From positions 4,529,675-4,553,674 of the forward strand of contig CP104013.1 in assembly GCA_025839675.1 (NCBI GenBank): DNA of 24,000 nt, read 5' to 3'. Source of the stretch: Candidatus Lokiarchaeum ossiferum (lineage in GTDB: Archaea > Asgardarchaeota > Lokiarchaeia > Sigyniarchaeales > Promethearchaeaceae). Under the pieces are notes generated by a model. It had not been told where the DNA came from, did no database searches, and worked only from the letters and a program-made list of their open reading frames with translations. Shown here one piece after another: positions 16,865 through 24,000 of this stretch (its first letter is position 1; every line of letters begins with the position of its first letter). Position numbers and translations under genes: made by a program.

Positions 16865-18742
16865 TTGGATCGGGCTCGCATGCTTAAAAACAACATGGTT
16901 ATTCAGCTTTTGGAAGAGAATGGCTTTTTTCTGTGGGAAACAGATTACAAATATATTTTGAAGTATTTGAGTCCACTTGCGGCCACAATTTCTGGTATCC
17001 CAATGGAAAAGATGCTGGGTATGTCAATCTTTGACTTCCTTCCTGATGTCGATTCACCAGAAGTGTTGTGGTCCAGGAACCTAACTCACAATCCATCAAC
17101 AATTCATGTGCAATGTGAATTTATTCAAAAGGATGGGCAAATAAATTCCTTAGAAATAATGGGACATCGCCAACAAAAAAACGATGGAGATTACTTTGTT
17201 GGAACAGGGAAGCTTTTGGATACATCTGATGAAAAGAATCGATTGTTTGTTCAGCGGGAACAACGATTGCGGATGCTTTTTGAGACTGCCAACGATCTAA
17301 TTATGGATTTAGACAAGCAGGAAAATATTTTATCTATAAATCCTGCAGGATGTGCCCTTTTAGGGTACAAACCTCAAGAATTATCTGGTAATAGCATTAA
17401 GATGGTGATTGACCCCCAATTTCATAATATTTCCGACGAGTATTCCTTGAAGAAATTAAAACATGAAACGGACGTCACCACGTATGAGATCAACTTCATT
17501 TCAAAAAGTGGAGAAAAAATTCCACTCGAATTAAGTACTCGATTATTATATTCTGGAGAAGAGATTATTGGGTATCAAGGGATTGGAAGGGATATTAGAG
17601 AGCGTCGCAGGTTTGAAGAAGAACGGATTAAAACTCAAAAATTAGAATCCATCGGGTTATTGGCAGGAGGAATTGCCCATGATTTTAATAATATCTTGGT
17701 ATCTATTATTGGAAATATTAATTTATTACAGTTTCAAGAAGATGCAAATAAGGAAACAAAAGAAATTCTTCACGATCTTGAAACAGGTGCGTTTAGAGCA
17801 CGAGATTTGACAAAGCAATTACTAACATTTTCAAAAGGGGGTTCACCCGTAAAAAAAATTATGGATATTAAAACAATTTTGAAAGAATCTGCTTCATTCA
17901 TTCTTCGTGGGTCAAAATCGACTTGCAAATATATTTTTGAAGAAAATATCCCTCCGGTAGACGTTGATCCCGGGCAAATCAGTCAAGTTATGCATAATTT
18001 ACTGATGAATGCAATTCAAGCGATGTCTCGGGGCGGAACCATCAAAATTTACTTATCTAATGTTGCATCAAACACCCTTCCGAGTTCTCTTAATCCCGAT
18101 CTAAAGTATATTCGAATCGCAGTTCGGGACACGGGCCACGGAATTCCTAAACATTTGCAGGAAAAAATATTTGATCCTTATTTTACTACAAAAAAAACTG
18201 GTACGGGGCTAGGTTTGGCAACAAGTTATTCTATAATTAAAAATCATAATGGACTCCTGAGTTTTACTTCTGAATCTGGTATTGGTTCGACTTTTTCTTT
18301 CTATTTACCGACAATTGATGCAGAAGTCAAACCTCTCGAATCAGATCTCCCCATCGCAATCCGACAAATGAATCGGATTTTGGTAATGGATGATGATAAA
18401 AACATTCATCTCCTCCTAAGCCGAATCCTAAAAAAACTAGGATTTCGGAGTACGTTTACTTTTGAAGGTGGGGAAACCATCCAATCCTTTCTTAATGCCA
18501 AGAAACAAAAGGATCCCTATAAAATGATAATTATGGACTTGACGATTCCTGGTGGCATGGGGGGGAAAGAAACGGTCAAGCGAATCCGCGATCTGGATTC
18601 GGAAGTTTCGATAATAGTATCTTCGGGTTATTCTAACGATCCAATTATGGCTCATCATAGTGAATATGGGTTCGATGGTGTTTTGATAAAACCTTATACA
18701 TTACGACAGCTTAAGCAAGTGCTCGCTGAATATTCAAATTAA
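16865..18742 (+). CDS. Hybrid histidine kinase: PAS-PAS-HisKA-HATPase-REC
   Basis: H-box LLAGGIAHDFNNIL, N-box VMHNLLMNAIQAM, G1 VRDTGHGIP, G2 GTGLGLA. REC: RILVMDDDKN, MIIMDLTIPGG, IIVSSGY, LIKPYT. PAS: ENILSINPAGCALLGYKPQELSG and an earlier PAS-like unit. Confidence 0.93.
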   Translation: MDRARMLKNNMVIQLLEENGFFLWETDYKYILKYLSPLAATISGIPMEKMLGMSIFDFLPDVDSPEVLWSRNLTHNPSTIHVQCEFIQKDGQINSLEIMGHRQQKNDGDYFVGTGKLLDTSDEKNRLFVQREQRLRMLFETANDLIMDLDKQENILSINPAGCALLGYKPQELSGNSIKMVIDPQFHNISDEYSLKKLKHETDVTTYEINFISKSGEKIPLELSTRLLYSGEEIIGYQGIGRDIRERRRFEEERIKTQKLESIGLLAGGIAHDFNNILVSIIGNINLLQFQEDANKETKEILHDLETGAFRARDLTKQLLTFSKGGSPVKKIMDIKTILKESASFILRGSKSTCKYIFEENIPPVDVDPGQISQVMHNLLMNAIQAMSRGGTIKIYLSNVASNTLPSSLNPDLKYIRIAVRDTGHGIPKHLQEKIFDPYFTTKKTGTGLGLATSYSIIKNHNGLLSFTSESGIGSTFSFYLPTIDAEVKPLESDLPIAIRQMNRILVMDDDKNIHLLLSRILKKLGFRSTFTFEGGETIQSFLNAKKQKDPYKMIIMDLTIPGGMGGKETVKRIRDLDSEVSIIVSSGYSNDPIMAHHSEYGFDGVLIKPYTLRQLKQVLAEYSN

Positions 18743-19314
18743 GATTTTGATCGAAGCAGATGATGAATTTCTGCCTTAAGGGTATCAATTTTCTTCACTA
18801 ACTTATCTTCTTGCGATTGATCAATACATGGATCATCTAATTGTTTAAGAAGTTGGTCGATTTCTTGACGTTTGGATAAAATTTCTGCGGGTAATCCCTC
18901 AATATTCTTTTCTTTTTTGGCTTTTTGAGGAAATTTGGCGTGCTCCCTCGATTTTTGAAATAAACTATCACCAATGTGACGAATAAGTTCTTCAGGGGAT
19001 GAATTTTCAAGATTTAGGGAGGGTTTTTTTATAACTTCACAATTTTTTTGCTGCTGCTCCAGAAAATCTTGATATTCTTCTGCTCCAAGTGCATTTGTGA
19101 TGAAGAATGTCCCTTCATGGATTGTGAAAAAGATATCTTGGAAATTTTGGAGGTCCGAATCTTTGTTATTTTGTTGGGATGTTGAAAGATCTTTGTAATA
19201 AAACACACAATGGGGGGTAGTTAAAATGATGAAGGCTTGAAAAGCTTTTTGCTTCAAATGGACCATATTTTGCGCAGAAAAGAACTCCGTTTTCAATGTG
19301 GGTATCTGTGTCAT
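18739..19314 (-). CDS. Hypothetical protein with C-terminal coiled coil
   Basis: 191-aa ORF. C-terminus EILSKRQEIDQLLKQLDDPCIDQSQEDKLVKKIDTLKAEIHHLLR predicted coiled coil. Overlaps the convergent kinase gene by 4 bp. Confidence 0.6.
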   Translation of the reverse strand: MTQIPTLKTEFFSAQNMVHLKQKAFQAFIILTTPHCVFYYKDLSTSQQNNKDSDLQNFQDIFFTIHEGTFFITNALGAEEYQDFLEQQQKNCEVIKKPSLNLENSSPEELIRHIGDSLFQKSREHAKFPQKAKKEKNIEGLPAEILSKRQEIDQLLKQLDDPCIDQSQEDKLVKKIDTLKAEIHHLLRSKS

Positions 19315-19416
19315 CGGAAGTAGCTCGGTACCTTACTAAAAGTGGAGGTGTCTTAAAGGCGTTGGGATCGGGCTTCCATTGATTTTTAAGGGATAAATTG
19401 CATTACACCTTTAGAT

Positions 19417-20646
19417 ATGAAGATCCCTTCCAGAATTATGCAACTTATCCATAGGCGTATTTTCTTGTGTGTACTGGTAATATTGAGTTTTATGCTTATT
19501 CCTTTAAATAGGGCAGGATCTCCAATTGTTTCAGAAAATTTTCAGCCTTCTGGACAAGCACTAACGAAAACTTTATCGGGGTATAGTTATTTTCATGATA
19601 ATGATGGTTATACTGGGTTTTATGGTGAATCGATCCAAATTGGGCATGAATTTGATTTTTATAATGAAGAATGGCGTGGATGGGCCGAGTGGGACATTTC
19701 GGACATTCCTGAATCTGCAAATATAACTGCTGCGGGGCTTCGAATTGATGTGACTGGAATTCCAGTATCATGTGACTATCAGCGGGCTCAATTAGATGTG
19801 TATCAGATGACAAATCAGCCTTCGCTCTCTATTAATGATCCTGAATTATTATTTCTGGATGCGGGATCAGGCCTTCATCTCCGCGAGAATGTTTCCTATC
19901 CTTTAAGTGATAATGGAGTATATCCAACATCCACTTCCTTTATTACTTTGGATCATGTTGCAATTCAAATTTTGAATGAATCGACTGCATCCGGTTGGTT
20001 TGCTGTGGGTTTTTCTGATTATTATCATTCTGATTTGGGGCATGATAGTGATCAAGATGAAGGGGTCATTTTCGAAATTCTTGCATTTGAAATAAATTAT
20101 ACAGAGGGAGGTCAAGCCTATTCTCAAAATTTTTCCCAAGATGATCCCTCCGGATCAGGTTCAACCACCACGGAGACTTCAACTGGAGATGGTGGTGCGA
20201 TTGATCCAGCCTCCATCATTATTATAGTTGTCACTATTGTTGTGATTCTTATTGCAGTAGGTATTACTCAAAAACGAAATCAAAATCGATCAAAGAGTTC
20301 TGAATATTCCTTGTTGAATTCTTCGGGTTCACAAGCTGTTGGTCAAAAACGATTCAAGTCAAAAAAAAAAGAATCGAAAAACCGAGTTAATGAAAAGAAA
20401 TTATTAAAGAAATTTAAAAGTATCATGGAGATTTCCCAAAGAATTTCCATTGAATCGGTTGCTACCAGCTTAGAAGTCACAGAAAAACAATTATTCGAAT
20501 TGCTTTTGAAATGGAAAAGATCTTTGCCTGTGATCATAGATGGGGATTTTATTCTCATTAATGATATTACCGAATTTGTGGGAGCATTGGATCAAGAATT
20601 TTCTGATTGGGATTCCCATCAAAAGACGAAAGATGGGAAAGTGTGA
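19417..20646 (+). CDS. Single-pass membrane protein: secreted beta-rich ectodomain, TM, cytoplasmic winged-helix-like domain
   Basis: Signal (RRIFLCVLVILSFMLIPL). Ectodomain with WRGWAEWDISDIPESANITAAGLRIDV. Spacer GSGSTTTETSTGDGG, TM ASIIIIVVTIVVILIAVGI, basic stretch, then LLKKFKSIMEISQRISIESVATSLEVTEKQLFELLLKWKRSLPVIIDGDFILIND. Confidence 0.8.
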   Translation: MKIPSRIMQLIHRRIFLCVLVILSFMLIPLNRAGSPIVSENFQPSGQALTKTLSGYSYFHDNDGYTGFYGESIQIGHEFDFYNEEWRGWAEWDISDIPESANITAAGLRIDVTGIPVSCDYQRAQLDVYQMTNQPSLSINDPELLFLDAGSGLHLRENVSYPLSDNGVYPTSTSFITLDHVAIQILNESTASGWFAVGFSDYYHSDLGHDSDQDEGVIFEILAFEINYTEGGQAYSQNFSQDDPSGSGSTTTETSTGDGGAIDPASIIIIVVTIVVILIAVGITQKRNQNRSKSSEYSLLNSSGSQAVGQKRFKSKKKESKNRVNEKKLLKKFKSIMEISQRISIESVATSLEVTEKQLFELLLKWKRSLPVIIDGDFILINDITEFVGALDQEFSDWDSHQKTKDGKV

Positions 20647-20740
20647 ACACTTTGCGATGTCAATTCAGGAAAATGAATTTTTTTTTTTAAACTCGTTTTG
20701 TCGGAGTAAATTTTAATAGCTTTTACAGCAACATTGATCC

Positions 20741-21841
20741 ATGCGAGAAGATCTCCGAAATCAACGTTACAAAGTTGATAAAGTTGAATCTAAAGCCTTG
20801 GAAGGAAACCCTCTAAAGGTAACGAATGTAAGGGATGTTTCTATCTATCTCCCTCCTTCCTATTTTGAGGATGAAACAACGAAATTTCCTGTGATTTATT
20901 TGCTCCATGGGTATGGAGGGTCGATAACTGATTTAATTGTGGGGACTCAAGCAGATTTCAAACGGAATTATCCATTAATTTTGCGAATTTTGTTAAAAAA
21001 AGTTTTTAGTAATCTTACAACTTTTGAAAAGCTGGATCAGCTAATTATGAGTAAGGAAATTCCTCCTTTCATCTTAGTTCAGCCAGACGGATCCTTGAGG
21101 ATCCACGATATGTTTGAAACAAAAAATCCTGATGGATCTTACAAGATGAAAGGAAGTTTCTATGTAAATTCTCCCTTCACGGGAAACTATAATGACTTTA
21201 TTTTTGAAGAAGTTCCTTCTTATATAGAACAAAAATATCGCGTTAAACCTCAAAAAGAATCTCGTGCATTAATTGGAGGTTCGATGGGAGGATACGGTGC
21301 TCTTTTAGGTGGGATGAAATATCCTGACCAATATAACATTGTCGTTGCCTTGAGTCCCTTGATTATTCCTCTCAATCTCTTCAACGTGGAAATGATGATG
21401 CCCATTTATCGCAAAATTTATGGAAAAAAGAAAGCTAAAGCAATAGGCCAAAAAGACATCGATGATATTCGTGATTCTTCGGATTTAATCTTCTCTCACA
21501 ATGCACCCGTTATCCCCACAATGCAGAAAAATGATGGGAAAATTATTTTAACAAATCAAGAAGGTATTGCAAATTGGCAAACCGCGGATTTAACTAATGT
21601 AATTTTGCAATATCCCTCTGCATTCAAAGATCTTACCTTGATCCTTAGTTGTGATATTTTAGATGAGTATCATTTTGCGCCTGAAATTAGAGAATTTCAT
21701 CAAGTGCTCTTGAATCATAATATTCCGCATGAGATCGATATATATGAGGATAGTCAAGCAGAAAAAATATCTCCTCATACTCTTGGAATCGGAAATCAAA
21801 TTCTCCCTTCTATAAAGAGATGTCTGAATGAGATTAAATAA
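20741..21841 (+). CDS. Alpha/beta hydrolase, esterase D-like family
   Basis: FPVIYLLHGYGGS (oxyanion hole region) and ALIGGSMGGYGALLGGMKYPDQY (nucleophile elbow GGSMGG, then GYGA and a KYPDxY segment). Confidence 0.88.
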   Translation: MREDLRNQRYKVDKVESKALEGNPLKVTNVRDVSIYLPPSYFEDETTKFPVIYLLHGYGGSITDLIVGTQADFKRNYPLILRILLKKVFSNLTTFEKLDQLIMSKEIPPFILVQPDGSLRIHDMFETKNPDGSYKMKGSFYVNSPFTGNYNDFIFEEVPSYIEQKYRVKPQKESRALIGGSMGGYGALLGGMKYPDQYNIVVALSPLIIPLNLFNVEMMMPIYRKIYGKKKAKAIGQKDIDDIRDSSDLIFSHNAPVIPTMQKNDGKIILTNQEGIANWQTADLTNVILQYPSAFKDLTLILSCDILDEYHFAPEIREFHQVLLNHNIPHEIDIYEDSQAEKISPHTLGIGNQILPSIKRCLNEIK

Positions 21842-21875
21842 GGGATTGAGTGAATGTGATTGAAAAACCAATATA

Positions 21876-22121
21876 TTAGGGCTCAATTTTGAAGCAAGAT
21901 GTTCCTGGATTCGGTGATTTTTTTCGAGATAACCGAAATCCTTCCTTTTTCATTTGTGCGATAAATTTTTGGGATTGTACGTAGGATTTGAGAATTGTTC
22001 CTTTATTGAAACCATGGATTATTTGAAGAATTTGATCATTTTTAGCCTTACACTCTTTCAAGGTGTGCAAAATTTCGATATACGCTTCTGCTTGTTCATA
22101 TCCATGCAAATCACATTCCAT
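21876..22121 (-). CDS. Small Smr-domain protein
   Basis: MECDLHGYEQAEAYIEILHTLKE...DQILQIIHGFNKGTILKSYVQS...PGTSCFKIEP fits the Smr pattern (LDLHG...IIHGxxxGxL...GxTxV/F). Confidence 0.7.
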   Translation of the reverse strand: MECDLHGYEQAEAYIEILHTLKECKAKNDQILQIIHGFNKGTILKSYVQSQKFIAQMKKEGFRLSRKKSPNPGTSCFKIEP

Positions 22122-22160
22122 TAAAGATCAAAAGAAGTTAACATTATTTCCTTGAAAAAT

Positions 22161-23417
22161 TTATGGTAAAGGATTAGTTGTATGATGTTGAGTAATGACA
22201 TTATTAAGAACCTGACTCAATTGCGCAATATCATAGGGTTTTTTTAATACACCACGAAAACCATGGTGCGTGTAATCCTTAAAAATGGGGTCTTTAGCAT
22301 ATCCACTGGAAACAATTGCATTGATATTCGGATCAATTTTTAGCCAAATAAGAGCTCCAAATCCTCCCAATCCTCCGAGTTCGGATAGATCAAGGATAAC
22401 AGCATCGTATTTCTTCCTTTCTTTCATGCTTTTTTGATATAATTTGAGTGCTTCTTCAATTCGGGCTGCAGTATCAACTTTGTAACCCAAACGGGAAATC
22501 ATTTTTTGGGTTGTATGGCGGAGACTCGCTTCATCATCCAACAGTAATATTCTTCCCTTTCCCAAAACCATTTTTTCTTTAGTTAACGTGCGTAACATAT
22601 TTCGATCAGGTATATTTGTGTGCTTTTGATAGATTTCGGTATTTTTACTCAAATTTTTGGAAATAGTTAACAAGCGTGATGTCAAGTCTCTTGCTCTATC
22701 ACAAGATTTTTCTGCATCGGTCAAACTTTCATATTGTTCGTCTTCTTTTTGAGCGTCGAGTTTAGCTAAAGCCACATTTCCCAAGATTGATGACAGAACA
22801 TTGTTTAAAGTGTGTCCAATGGTTCTTCCCATCATACTAATGGATCCTAACTTCAATTCTAGTTCAGTTATTTTCCGTTTAAGTATCAAATTTTCTTCAA
22901 ATGTTTTGTTGGATTCTTTTTTGATATTTTTTTTTTTTTTTAATTTAGGGATTGATTTTCGGATAATATCATGATTGTTGCTAAGGTGTTCTTTTTGCTT
23001 AAGTATATCTTCAAAAAGGCTTAAAAATTTAATTTCCACCTCTCCAGAATCATTTTCGATAGGATTGAGGGTTGAAATGTCAGAATTAAAATAAAATTCA
23101 GTTAAATTGTGTAAGAGAGTATTGGCGAGATTGTCGGAACAATCCTTAGTTGTGATTAAGACAAAGATATCATTGCATTGAATTTTACTACTATAAATTT
23201 TAAATTCCTCAAATTCTACATACCGAAGTATATCACCATCGAAAAATACTTCACCAGACGAATTCAAAGCTGAAAAAAATCCAGCAAAAAATAAATCTTC
23301 CTGATTCCATTTCATTTCAAAATATGGTGTTGCAAACCACTTGAAGAAGGGGACTCCGGATGAACGAATCCAATAAAAACCGCAAAAAGAATGATTTGAA
23401 TTCAATATATCTTCCAC
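22161..23417 (-). CDS. Longin-like domain + histidine-phosphotransfer (DHp) segment + REC domain, no HATPase domain
   Basis: N-terminus WIRSSGVPFFKW...EDLFFAGFFSALNSSGEVFFDGDILRYVEFEEFKIYSSKIQCNDIFVLITTK (longin-like pattern). DHp SMMGRTIGHTLNNVLSSILGN. REC GRILLLDDEAS, AVILDLSELGG, AIVSSGYAKDP, VLKKPYD. GTG start at 23417. Confidence 0.85.
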   Translation of the reverse strand: MEDILNSNHSFCGFYWIRSSGVPFFKWFATPYFEMKWNQEDLFFAGFFSALNSSGEVFFDGDILRYVEFEEFKIYSSKIQCNDIFVLITTKDCSDNLANTLLHNLTEFYFNSDISTLNPIENDSGEVEIKFLSLFEDILKQKEHLSNNHDIIRKSIPKLKKKKNIKKESNKTFEENLILKRKITELELKLGSISMMGRTIGHTLNNVLSSILGNVALAKLDAQKEDEQYESLTDAEKSCDRARDLTSRLLTISKNLSKNTEIYQKHTNIPDRNMLRTLTKEKMVLGKGRILLLDDEASLRHTTQKMISRLGYKVDTAARIEEALKLYQKSMKERKKYDAVILDLSELGGLGGFGALIWLKIDPNINAIVSSGYAKDPIFKDYTHHGFRGVLKKPYDIAQLSQVLNNVITQHHTTNPLP

Positions 23418-23605
23418 AACGATATCCTCCTTATAGGTTGACTTTCTTTTTAATCAAGAAATCTGAAAGCTCTATCTAATTTGTAGTGTTGGGACTTATT
23501 AATATATGATTTTTCTGGAATTTCTTGGAAAAATTCTGATAAGATTTGATAAATTGCTCTAATGATTTAGAAAAACAAAATTTATGATGAAAAGTATATT
23601 TTTGA

Positions 23606-24000
23606 TTAAATATCAGGTTTTAGTGAATTTAGTTCTTGGATTTTTTTTCTTCGTTCTGCTACTTCATTGAACCATGTTTTTAATCCCTTTAAATCAAATA
23701 GAATACGATCAATCAAAGTATACATTTCTGGATATCCTTTAAGGAATACTAATTTCTGTTTCGGGTCTCGCAATTGATCTTGAACTGCTTGGAGGCGTGG
23801 AATCCAGCCCATCAGTTGTTCGTGATAATAATGTCGAAACAGTCGGAAAGAAATCGCGATGTTTTTTAAAACATAACCATCTTTGGTTAGATTTGGTTGA
23901 ATAAATCTTTCGATAGCTAATTCCCGAAGTTTTTTATTTACGGTAGGCAGTGAAATTCCTGTTAATTCACACAATTTGGTGGATGAGAGGTGGCAACGAG
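23606..24000 (-). CDS. Winged-HTH transcriptional regulator, 5' end beyond right window edge
   Basis: The frame stays open upstream of the ORF-track start (a TTG codon) to the window end, giving RCHLSSTKLCELTGISLPTVNKKLRELAIERFIQPNLTKDGYVLKNI, an HTH plus wing. Confidence 0.75.
   Translation of the reverse strand, partial: RCHLSSTKLCELTGISLPTVNKKLRELAIERFIQPNLTKDGYVLKNIAISFRLFRHYYHEQLMGWIPRLQAVQDQLRDPKQKLVFLKGYPEMYTLIDRILFDLKGLKTWFNEVAERRKKIQELNSLKPDI

Noticed and set aside
1-24000. CRISPR array, restriction-modification, toxin-antitoxin, or intact transposon
   Set aside because: Looked for direct-repeat/spacer periodicity, methyltransferase and nuclease motifs, and transposase signatures; none seen. 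The only tandem array is the coding 36-bp repeat without unique spacers.

Overview
24 kb low-GC window, archaeal by internal evidence. The strongest evidence is a tRNA-Met(CAU) gene on the minus strand with a 61-nt intron at 37/38 and a textbook bulge-helix-bulge. Two proteins with longin-like N-termini and surface proteins with archaeal-type C-terminal anchors suggest an Asgard-type archaeon; that lineage call is inference. Content, left to right: a chemotaxis operon on the minus strand (receptor-CheW-CheY-CheA, with CheA running off the left edge and absent from the ORF track); an amidohydrolase; a membrane protein with a 12-aa/36-bp tandem repeat and a zinc ribbon; a longin-like protein; a membrane/coiled-coil protein; a beta-propeller-like surface protein; two tRNAs; a giant NHL x12 + Fn3 x5 surface protein with an IPGY C-terminal sorting-like tail; a PAS-PAS-histidine kinase-REC hybrid; a single-pass protein with a predicted ectodomain and a C-terminal winged-helix-like domain; an esterase; an Smr protein; a longin-like-DHp-REC protein without an ATPase domain; and a partial HTH regulator. 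Most unusual candidates: (1) the longin-like-DHp-REC protein, which may be a phosphotransfer partner of the nearby hybrid kinase; (2) the single-pass putative receptor/regulator; (3) a ~105-bp intergenic element present twice, with a hairpin that keeps pairing despite a substitution.
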